DNA from: Mobula hypostoma | Lineage: Eukaryota | DNA: 64,000 nucleotides | Direction: 5' to 3' | Assembly (NCBI RefSeq): GCF_963921235.1 | Contig: NC_086097.1 | Span: 204,788,001 to 204,852,000 of the forward strand | Shown here: positions 11,051-21,108 of the stretch, one piece after another | Position numbering within the stretch: the stretch's first letter is position 1 | How the letters are laid out: the number at the start of each line of letters is the position of its first letter | Made by a program: the position numbers and the translations under genes | Notes under the pieces: model-generated | The model's input: only the letters and a program-made list of their open reading frames with translations | What the model was told of the DNA's origin: nothing | Databases searched by the model: none

Positions 11051-12548
11051 CAGGTGTCCCCCGCTTTTTGAACATTCGCTTTACGGAACCTCACTGTTAC
11101 AAAAGACCTACATTAGTACCCTGTTTTCGCTTTCAGAAGGTGTTTTCACTGTTACGGAAAAAAAGCAGCGCGCGATTCGGAACGGCATTGCTTTAACACG
11201 TGCCTGTGAGCAGCCGTTTGCAAGATGAGTTCTATGGTATCGGAAAAGCCTAAGAGAGCTCGTAAGGGTGTTACACTTAGCGTAAAACTAGACATAATTA
11301 AGCATTTTGATCAGGATGAATGAAGTAAGGACAAAGTGAGTTTGGCTTGTGGAAGCTGAGGAACAGGATGTTGAAGAGGTTTTGACATTCCATGACCAAG
11401 AACTGACAGATGAAGAACTAATGCAATTGGAAGAAAAAAAGGATAACAATCGAAACCGAATGAGTAATGATAAAGTACGACTTTAATTTTGAAAAGGTAC
11501 ATTGGTTTAGGGGATATTTGCAGGATGGTTTGAGTCCTTACAAAGAACGGTGTGATAGAAAAATGCGCGAGGCTTAGCAGTCAAGCAAGCCTTCCACATC
11601 AGCCACAGCAGACGACGAACCTCGACCTTCAACATCGAGGTGGGCAGAGATAGAAGATGATCTGCCTGTCCTAATGGAAACAGACGATGATGAGATGACA
11701 CCCCAGTGTCCCACCACCCCAACCCCCAGGCCACAGGCAGATACCGATTCGCGGAGAATGCAACGGTAGCCGGGAAGCACACAGCACATCTTTAAGAAAA
11801 AAGCGGAAATAAACATGCTAATTAATTAGGTGCCGCCGACATGTAATTGTCGGCCCAGGTCAGAAACGACGCAATCCAAAACCGGCACTGATCTGGGCCG
11901 ACAATTACCTGCCGGGCAGCCCCTAATTAATTAGCATGTTTGTTTCGGCTTTTTTCTTAAAGATGTGCTGTGTGCCTCCCGGCTACCGCTGCATCCCTGT
12001 ATGCTTTGCGGCAATGTATCGCTCGGCAGCCTGGAGGGTGGGGGCCACTGCACCACCCAAACTCTGACTCAGCCTAACACACCATCATCAGTGTGCTCGG
12101 CGCTGTCTTCCCGATTCCGGTAAGTGATACTACACTGTACATACATTATTTCTACTTTATATAGGCTGTGTATTTTTACACGTTATTTGGTGTGATTTGG
12201 CAGCTTCATAGTTTAAAGGTTACTGGAGAGCGCTTGCGTTGTGTTTTTGCCAACAGCACTTGCGTGAGATTTTCGCTACGGAGAACAGTTCAGTAATGAT
12301 TGCGGAAAAATGTCTCTACTTTATATAGGCTGTGTATCTATCATATCATTCCTGCTTTTACTATATGTTACTGTTACTTTAGGTTTTACGTGTTATTTGG
12401 CATGATTTGGTAGGTTATTTTTGGGTCTGCGAATGCTCACAAAATTTTCCCGTATAAATAAATGGTAATTGCTTCTTCACTTTACGACATTTTGGCTTAC
12501 GAACCATTTCATAAGAATGCTCTACCTTCGGATGGCGGGGGAAGCCTG
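11051..12548 (+). mobile_element. Tigger/pogo DNA transposon, internally deleted non-autonomous copy
   Basis: TA TSDs at 11049-11050 and 12549-12550. Imperfect TIRs caggtgtcccccgc / gcgggggaagcctg. Transposase start (MSSMVSEKPKRARKGVTLSVKLDIIK, from 11225) is joined to C-terminal remnants (EEVL..HDQELTDEELMQLEE). Ends match the copy at 30070-31623. Confidence 0.9.
11758..11994. repeat. Long internal inverted repeat within the Tigger copy
   Basis: Arms of about 105 bp (atgcaacggtagccgggaagcacacagcacatctttaagaaaaaagc... / ...gcttttttcttaaagatgtgctgtgtgcctcccggctaccgctgcat) around a ~22-nt loop. Weaker symmetry extends to about 11704-12050. Confidence 0.9.
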
Positions 12549-13165
12549 TATTGAAGGGTGAAAGGCATTGCCCCTCCCTGTTTGCCATTGAGGGTAGTGG
12601 CGTGCTACCACAGCGCTTGAAGTGAGGGATCTCGGCCATCCCTGTTACAGAAGCAGCTCTGACATACTGATTAAGCACATGGGTGCAGAAAGGTAGATTT
12701 CCAAGAGAGGATATTGTGACCTGGTGTTAAGAGTATCCAGCTGCTGTCTCTGATACAGGATGAGGGTTATCTTTGAGAGGTGACCACATCAGGGCACACA
12801 ACCAAAGACAGAAGCATCTACAGAGCCTTTGAAACTATGCTGAACATCTGTTGTAAAGTCAAATTATGCCATGGTAAAATTTCTGGGAGGACAGCAGTTG
12901 AGTACTTCACTCTAACATTATCTGACTTGTGCAGTAACTGTAATTTCATGCCAAGCATCTGAAATGTTGCTGAGGGAGAAAATATGCAATTATAACACTT
13001 TTCAATGTTGTCAATGATGGTCTCTGCCAGACACAGCGTGATGCGAAGATATGTTGCCAGTTATCAAGGTCTTGCTAGATTTGAGTGCAGGCTCATCTTT
13101 CTGCTTCAGCCCTCTCCTTGTGGAATCCTTGTTACTTGAATATTTGCTTTATAGGGGAGAAAAGC

Positions 13166-13251
13166 ACTAATAAATCTCCAAGTAATTGATATCTTTTAAG
13201 CAACAAATCAAGACTAATAAATCTCCAAGTAATTGATATCTTTTAAGCAAC
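13166..13251. repeat. Perfect 39-bp direct duplication with 8-nt spacer
   Basis: actaataaatctccaagtaattgatatcttttaagcaac at 13166-13204 and 13213-13251. Confidence 0.95.
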
Positions 13252-13349
13252 TCAATTCAAGGATTTCTAATTGTAGTTCAGATATGATTTCTTATGAATG
13301 GCCTTCATTATCATTTAGTTGCATATAAACAGACAGGTTATCGACATAA

Positions 13350-13459
13350 TCATTGACTGTACTTTTTTCTATAGATGCTGCCTGGCCTGCTGATTTCTTC
13401 CAGCATTTTGTTTGTGCTACTTGGATTTCCAGCATCTGCAGATTTTCTGTTGTTTGAGA
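13350..13459 (+). mobile_element. Older PLE 3' terminal remnant
   Basis: ttgactgtac...tagatgctgcctggcctgctg...ccagcatctgcagattttctgttgtttg matches the PLE terminus. Confidence 0.7.
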
Positions 13460-14441
13460 CAGATTATCAAGTACGTCAATGTGAATTTTTAACAGGGATA
13501 AGGAAATTGCTGAGGAATTTCCTTACAGAAAACAAAAACTGCTGGAAATATCAGAGAACCAAGTTCCTAGTGAGAGCAAGAATCTGAAGGGAATTAATGA
13601 ACAAAGTACTAGATACTCTGCTGAGATTACAACTCAATAAATCCCAAGGATCTAATAATGTGCATCTGAAAGTTTTGAAGGATGTGGTTCAGGTTATTGT
13701 TTTTCAAAATTCTGAAATTATTCCTGTGGATTGGAAGTATCAAAAGTGAACCGATTAGTTAAGAGACTATGGAGCTGTTAAGTTGTGTAAACTAAAACTA
13801 ATCAGAAGAAAACGAGGGAATCCGAATTGTGATTTTAACTTCGTATTTGAAATGAAATATCTTTATTGTCATTGCATAGTACAGTTGTCATGCACCAATA
13901 CAGTGAAAATGAGCTTGAAACTCTCATACTCAATGCTATAAAACAAATAAAATAAATAATAAATAAATCAAATAACCAGCAGTACAAAAGCACAACTCAG
14001 ATGCATGACAGCCATAAAACCAGTATTAATGTAGCAATGTAACAAATTTATGGATGATGCTTGATCGATTGGTTCAGAGCAATTATAGCTTTGGGGAAAA
14101 AGCTATTTTTCTGTCTGGAAGTGTGGGCAAAGAAAATCTTACAACATCTGCCAGATGGAATAAGTTCAAACAGATGATTGCATGGGTGTATATTGTCCTT
14201 ACAGATGCTTGTAGCTTAGGCAGCGAGAGCTGTAGGTGTCCTCCTGTGTCCCGATGATCTTCTGTGTGCTAGAGACAACCCGCTGAAGTGGTTTCCTATC
14301 AGCTGCTGTACAACTGAGGTACCACGCAAAGATGCTGTATGTTAAGATGCTCTCTGTGGTGCAGTGGTAAAAGGTCACCAGTATCTGTTCAGGTAGACCA
14401 GCTTTCTTCAGCGTCCTGAGGACAAACAAGCATTGTTGTGC

Positions 14442-14547
14442 ATTGAGTTAGTCCTGACGAAGGGTCTCGGCCTGAAACGTCGACTGCACCTCTTCCTACA
14501 GATGCTGCTTGGCCTGCTGCGTTCACCAGCAACTTTGATGTATGTTG
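14442..14547 (+). mobile_element. ~106-bp PLE terminal insertion with 10-bp TSD
   Basis: TSD attgttgtgc at 14432-14441 and 14548-14557. It splits the Rex RT at KKAQQ. Confidence 0.88.
14450..14485 (+). ncRNA. Minimal type-I hammerhead ribozyme motif (intact, GUC site)
   Basis: agtc (14450-14453), CTGACGA (14454-14460), stem II agg/cct, GAAA (14474-14477), CG, TC (14480-14481), gact. ACGT palindrome in stem III. Confidence 0.75.
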
Positions 14548-15606
14548 ATTGTTGTGCTTTCTTAACTATTGTTGTGGTGTTAGTGGACCATGTAAGGTCT
14601 TCTGAGATGTGTATTCCCAGAAACCTGAAACTGGACACTCTCTCCACTATGACTCCGTTAATGTAGACTGGAGTGTACTCGTCATCCCATGACTTTCCAA
14701 AGCTGATAATTAGCTCCTTAATCTTTGCTGTATTAAGAGACAGGTTGTTCTCTGAGCACCAGCTCACTAAGTTCTGTACCTCCACTCTGTACGCTGATTT
14801 GCCTCTGTTGGAGATCAACCTGACTGCTGTTGTGTCATCTGCGAATTTGACGATGGTATTGGTGTTTAATGCAGGTACACAGTTGTAAGTGAAGAGGGAG
14901 TAGAGTATGGTACTCAATACACAACCTTGTGGTGTACCAGTGTTCAGAATAGTAGTGGAGGACAGGTCACTGCCCAGTCTCACTGCCTGCGAACGCTCTG
15001 ACAAGAAATTCAGGACGCAGTTGCAGATTGATGAGCTGAGGCCTTGCTGGTGGAGTTTGGAGATGAGCCTGCTGGGGACGACAGTATTAAAAGCAGAGCT
15101 GTAATCAACAAACAACATCCTCACGTATGTGCCCTTTCCCTCCAGGTGTGTCAGGACAGTGTGAAGAGCTAATGAGATGGCATCCTCCGCGGACCTGTTT
15201 GCTTTATAGTGTAGCAGGAATAGTGACTTTAATGTGGGAGAGGACCAATCTCTCAAAGCACTTCATTATTGTTGGTGTGAGGGCAACCGGACGATAGTCA
15301 TTCAAATTGTTGATGTATGCTTTCTTCGGGACAGGCACTATGATGGCAGACTTCAGGCACTTGGGGACCGTTGCCTGAGATAGAGACAGATTGAAAATTC
15401 TCGTAAATACATCCGCCAGTTGTTCAGCACAGTCTTTAAGCACCCGTCCTGGAACACCATCTGGGCCTGCAGCTTTTCGTGGATTGACCCTCTGCAATGT
15501 GCGCTGTACATCATGTATGTTCAGTGTAAGAACCTGTTTATCCTCTATGTCCGGGATTCTTGTACTCCTCACATTGTTGTTAATTTCAAACCGGCCAAAG
15601 AAGGTG

Positions 15607-16228
15607 ATCTCCCAGTGGCCACACATTTTAATCCCACGTCCCATTCCCATTCTGACATGTCTATCCACGGCCTCCTCGACTGTCAAGGTGAAGCCACACT
15701 CAGATTGGAGGAACAACACCTTATATTCTGACTGGGTAGCCTCCAACCTGATGGCATGGACATTGACTTCTCAAACTTCTGCTAATGCCCCACCTCCCCC
15801 TCGTACCCCATCCGTTATTTATTTATATACTCACATTCTTTTTCTCTCTCTCCTTTTTTCCTCCCTCTGTCCCTCTCACTATACCCCTTGCCCATTCTCT
15901 TGGTTCCTTCCCCCCCCCCCCGCCTTTTCTTTCTCCCTAGGCCTCCTGTCCCATGATCCCCTCATATCCCTATTGCCAATCAACTGTCCAGCTCTTGGCT
16001 CCATCCATCCCCCTCCTGTCTTCTCCTATCATTTCGAGTCACCCCCTCCCCCTCCCACTTTCAAATCCCTTACTACCTCTTCTTTCAGTTAGTCCTGACG
16101 AAGGGTCTCGGCCTGAAACGTCGTCTGTACCTCTTCCTATAGATGCTGCCTGGCCTGCTGCGTTCACCAGCAACTTTGATGTGTGTTGCTTGAATTTCCA
16201 GCACCTGCAGATTTCCTCGCGTTTGCGT
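15607..16228 (+). mobile_element. PLE 3' fragment (GIY-YIG C-terminus plus terminus) with 10-bp TSD
   Basis: Translates DLPVATHFNPTSHSHSDMSIHGLLDCQGEATLRLEEQHLIF*LGSLQPDGMDIDF. TSD aaagaaggtg at 15597-15606 and 16229-16238, inside the Rex NELNTFF motif. Confidence 0.9.
16091..16126 (+). ncRNA. Minimal type-I hammerhead ribozyme motif (one stem I mismatch)
   Basis: Reads agtc-CTGACGA-agg gtctcgg cct-GAAA-CG-TC-gtct. Confidence 0.65.
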
Positions 16229-16984
16229 AAAGAAGGTGTTGAGTTCATTGGCCAGTGTGACATCACTGTGGGGGCAGACATGGTTACTCTTGTGGTCAGT
16301 AATAGGCCTGATGCCTTGCCACATGCTCTGATTGTTAGCACTGTTAAAGTGGTCCTCTACCCGTTGCCTGTGGATGTCCTTGGCCTTTTTTATGCCTTTT
16401 TTCAGGTTTGACCTGGCAACACTGCATGCTAAGGCATCACCAGATTTAAAAGCATTATTGCGTGCTTCTAAAAGATCTTGTACCTCTTTATTCATCCACA
16501 GTTTCTGGTTTGGGAATATCTTCATTTTCTTGTCTACTGTTACACTGTTTACATAACTGTAGATGTAGCAGAGCACAGTGGATGTGTACTCCAAGTTCAC
16601 CTCTGCCGTGGGTAGCTTGTTGAGCAAACAGGTCCCAGTGGGTGCGACCAAAGCAATCTTGGAGTTGTAAAGAGGCATCTTCTGGCCATATTTTGACTGT
16701 TTTTATTTCAGGTTTGGTTTTGTAGAGAAGTGGTCTGTATGCTGGTATCAAAAACAATGAAAGATGATCAGATTGTCCCAGGGGTCAGCTGGGGGAGGCT
16801 TTGTATGAGTCTTTGACATTTGTGTACACATGATCCATATTTTGCTATTAGCAAGGCGTGCAAGTATCATGTGGTAGCATTATGAAGTATGCAATTCACT
16901 GATTTTTACATATAACCATAATGAATTATTTAAAAGAACAAAAATGCCTCAACGATATATTTTCAATATTACCCAAACACTTAT

Positions 16985-17289
16985 TATAGGCATCTGTTAG
17001 TCTCATGAGACCATGGATTTGCACCGTGGAAGGTTTCCAGGGCGCAGGCCTGGACAAGATTGTATGGAAGACCAGTAGTTGCCCATGCTGCAAGTCTCCC
17101 CTCCACACCACCGATGTTGTCCAAGGGAAGGGCATTAGGACCCATACAGCTTTGCACCGGTGTTGTCGCAGAGCAATGTGTGATTAAGTGCCTTGCTCAA
17201 GGACACAGACACTGCCTCAGCCAAGGCTCGAACTAGTGACCTTCAAATCACTAGACGAACGCTTTAACCACTTGGCCACGCACCAACAC
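16985..17289 (-). mobile_element. tRNA-derived SINE
   Basis: Minus strand has A box tggccaagtgg, B box agttcgagcc and central gtgtccttgagcaaggcacttaa. The head is shared with the SINE at 62229. Confidence 0.85.
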
Positions 17290-17354
17290 ACTACTGAAAT
17301 ATTAAATACACAACAGGAGAGAGAATATATAGACTGTTGATAAATTCATCTAAC

Positions 17355-18450
17355 CTCAAACAGAGGGAAAGTGCTGGAATCTATAATAAAGGATGTAAAA
17401 ACAAAACATCTTGAAGAAAATAATATGATTAAGTAGAATCAGCAAGATGATATGGAAGGAAAGTCATCTTTGACACATCTGTTGGAGTTCTTTGAGGATG
17501 TGACCAGTAGAATAGCTAGAGAGGACCACTGGATGTGATGTATTTGATTATTAGTAGGGTTTTGTTAAGGTCCCAAACAAGAAATTAGTCAACAATGTTC
17601 AGAGTTGGATAACTGATGTGGACTGAGAACATTTTATCAGTTGGAAAGCAGAGTGGGAAGAAATTAATCATTCTCAGTCGAGGGTAAAAAGGGTATGCAC
17701 AACTTTCATGGTCTTCAACTATTCTCAGTATAGAACAATAATTTGGATTTTTAATTAAATATATTTCCAGGAGAATTGGAAAAGGTATGTGTTGGAGGAG
17801 CAGATACAATATAATATGGAATAATGCATTATTAAGTAGATGCACAAAGCAGATTAGCCAAATATTTTTGAGACTGGGTAATGTTGATATTCAAACAACG
17901 CCCTTGTATACAAGTCATCAAAAGTCAAGATGTAGATGCAACAAGTGATTGGAAGTCAAATGGTATGTTATCCTTTGTTGTGAAAGAATCTGAATAGAGG
18001 GATAAAGGAGACTTAGTAGGAATATGTAGGGTTTTGATTGCATTACAGCTTGAATATTGTACACAACTCTATTCCCCTTAACTAAAAAAAAGTATATATT
18101 AGCTATAGAAGCAGATCAGCATAGATTCATTGGGATGGGTACTTGCTGCATGAGGAGAGATTGGCTATATTGGGCCTCTCTAGTTCAGAAGAGTAAGAGG
18201 AGTCTCAATAATTAAAAAAAATATATTTATGGGGTTCAATAGCAGGGAGGATGTTTCCCTTAGCTAAAGAGTCTGAAACCAAAGATCACAGTATCAAAAT
18301 AAGGGGTGGGTTGTTTAGAACTATGATGAGAAGATATTTCTTCATGCAATGTGCAATAAATCTTTGGAATTTTCTACCTGGAAGACTGTGGAGGGTCAGT
18401 CATAGTGTTTACTTAAGGCAGGCATGAATAGATTTTGGGATAGGGTTGGT
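17355..18450 (+). mobile_element. Old decayed CR1 LINE RT/3' fragment
   Basis: Diverged motifs: gggaaagtgctggaatctataataaaggat, ttggagttctttgaggatgtgac, cttgaatattgtacaca, aatctttggaattttctacc. Confidence 0.65.
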
Positions 18451-19336
18451 TCTGGTAAATGGTACTGTTGGTAGAGAATAAGAATGAACTTGATGAAAAA
18501 TGAAGAAAGCTAAAAGGTCTGGATAACCTACTCCTGATCTCCTCTCTCAATTCTTTAAAAAAGGTCATTCTAACTGAGAAGACTACTGTACAGGGAGATG
18601 ACGTGAACTCTTGCCCTTTCCATGTTGCCAGCATGGTTTGCTGTGGAGAGTCTGGCTGTGGGCACTGGTGTTGGGTGGGTGAGGGTGGTACTTTGGGGCA
18701 GAGGTGGGGCTGCACTGCACTAAAACATAGTGATCAGGGCTGCTTCCTGGCCAGCATAGTGCATGTTATTATCAATAGACTCTCTGGAACCTGTGGTCTC
18801 TCCCATTACCTCTATTGAATGAGATAGAAACTGCTATCTCCTTCTATCTTTTTGCCTCTATCCTTAGCATAGATAGATTTCTGGGCTAAGGAGAGTCATG
18901 TTTGATACACAGTGCAGGCATTGTCTATTTTGAAATGTTTAGGCTCGTTTGCTGTTTGAGCTTGTTTTGTGAGATTATATTATTTGATTGTTTTTCTCCA
19001 GATATTAAAACAAATAGAAATTGAAAATAGTGTCTGTTTTGCTACCTTGCCGAATAGCAGTTTCTAGTGATTTACAGTGAGCTTTTTAGTGTCACTGCAA
19101 AGCCATCTTTGTTTTCACTTTTAACATTAATTAAAGTGCATTGATTCCAAAGAGAAACTGTGTGAAACTCACAGGAGGACATGAGCACCCGGTGCCAGAA
19201 ATTGAAAGTACAGAGTGCACCTCCAATGCAATGTCAAACAGAGTTTATAAAAGATCTAACAGATCTCTATTTCTTCTGAGCATTTGAGACATAAATGACT
19301 TAACCAGAGAGGATGAATCCAGGCAATGTGATCAGA

Positions 19337-20460
19337 TGTCATAAGGTGGGCATTGGGAGCAGACCCAAATGCAAGACAGACACTGAAGTACTAGGAACAG
19401 GACTTGACTAGAGAGCTGGGTTAGGGACGTGACTGGATGCAGACTAGGAGCTGGGAGAAGAACACAGACTTGGGCTAGGACATTGGCTAGGCAAGCAGGA
19501 CCAGAACAAGGAACTGGAAACTAGGAGTCTGGGCTTGGACTCCGAGCCAGAGATTGGACATGGACCCAGAACCTGAGTCTTGATTCAGGCTCAGACCCCA
19601 GAACTAGGTGAGGACATGACGTGGCTACAGGACTGGACCTGGCTTGGGTTCAGACTGCAAGCCAGAGACTGGACAAGGACGCAGAACCTGGGTCTTGACT
19701 CAGGCTTGGGCTCAGACTCTAGAACTAGGCAAAGACATGAAATGGTCTTGGGAGACAGGAACACAGAACACAGAGTCTAGGTCTAGAGCACAGGAACACA
19801 GAGTCTTTGACTTGAGAGACAGGAACACAGGGACATGGAATACCGAGCCAGGACCCCTCCTTGGGAACAGTACTTAGGGCCCAGACACATACACAGAACA
19901 GAGCCAGGACCCCTCCTTGGGAGCAGGACATGGGGCCAGGTCTCTACACAGAATGCTGAACAAGACAAGACAGTTCCCAACACTAGGTAGCAGCAAATAG
20001 CCAGACCTACCTAACAAAGACATGGACACAGAGACAGTTCCAACTGAACAATAGACATTTCCTTATCTTGACACAGCAAGGCTCCAGTGGTAGAACTTGA
20101 CAAGGTTGCAGGTAAGGCTCCAGAAGGAAGGGGAAGGGAAGGGAACAGTCCAGCCTTTGGGTAACAACAAAGATAGCCTGGCTTACCCAACAGAGGCAAG
20201 GACAGAAAGGGACTGATCCAACACAGGGTAACAGCAAAGCCAGCCTAACTTACCCCACAGAGGCAAGGACAGGACACTAACAGGACAAACCAGCAGCCAC
20301 ACACAAACCCAGGGCTACTTATATTCCCAGCCCCAAGACAAGCATCAGGTGCCTATGATTAAGCCCAACTGAAACAAGGGACAGCCGGAAGGTCCGGAGT
20401 CCGGAATCTACGGACTGGACAGTGAACTGGAATGTGGACTTCACAAACCAGACTGTGACA
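19337..20460 (-). mobile_element. Solo LTR (family Y, Gypsy-like) with 5-bp TSD
   Basis: Termini tgtcat...gtgaca. TSD tcaga at 19332-19336 and 20461-20465. TATA-like tataag on the minus strand near 20320. Internal tandem repeats. Ends are homologous to 46169-47101. Confidence 0.82.
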
Positions 20461-20974
20461 TCAGAATTAGAGACAGGGAAGTCTGTGGATGTTGGGGTTG
20501 CATTAATGGTAAGAGAAAAACAAAGTCAACATTCCAAATTAATACATGTTAAATTTGTTTCATCATCCACATATACAGCTGACCTAGAAACATATATTTC
20601 TAGCAATTATTGTAATATTTTGTTTTTGTATTAATTGTCTGAATGGCCAGAACTAATGCTAGTCTCCCCAACACATAAAATCCAGTCTTCACAAAAGCAT
20701 TGATAATCAAATGAAGACCTTGATTGTTATAGGAGCCAGAATATCACGTATGTGAATTTTGTGCAAATCGATGGGTTCACTAAATGGCCAGAGCGATGCT
20801 GTTTCAATCATGGCTGCACACTGCAAATTTCAATAGCCAGCAGTGCCTGAGGCACAACTGAAAGGACTTTTCATAATTCCATTGCTTATCTTTTCTGCCT
20901 GGACCAAAACTGAATCCACAAGTGGGGAAGAAGGTTGGTGGCTGTCGACTGAGGATCAGGACATGGAGTCAGAC

Positions 20975-21108
20975 AAGTTCTGCTGAAGGGTTTTGGCCCG
21001 AAACATCAACTGTGCTCTTTTCCATAGACGCTGCCTGGCCTGCTGAGTTCCTCCAGCATATTGTGTGTGTTGCTCAGATTTCCAACATCTGTAGATTCTC
21101 TCTTGTAA
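20975..21108 (+). mobile_element. Older PLE 3' terminal remnant with decayed hammerhead motif
   Basis: ctgctgaagggttttggcccgaaacatcaactg...gctgcctggcctgctgagttcctccagc. Confidence 0.75.

Larger units (their letters stand above)
13848..16840 (-). mobile_element. Rex1/Babar-like LINE, 5'-truncated pseudogene, interrupted by two PLE insertions
   Basis: Minus-strand ORFs give [73 protein letters not shown] and ESILTYSI. The 3' end (tgaaatgaaatatctttattgtc) lies near 13848. Confidence 0.88.

Noticed and set aside
19500..19930. CRISPR-like or coding repeat array (also 46388-46860)
   Set aside because: The repeats are irregular and degenerate, lie inside TSD-bounded LTRs, and have no constant repeat-spacer period or cas genes. 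The ORFs are low-complexity by-products.
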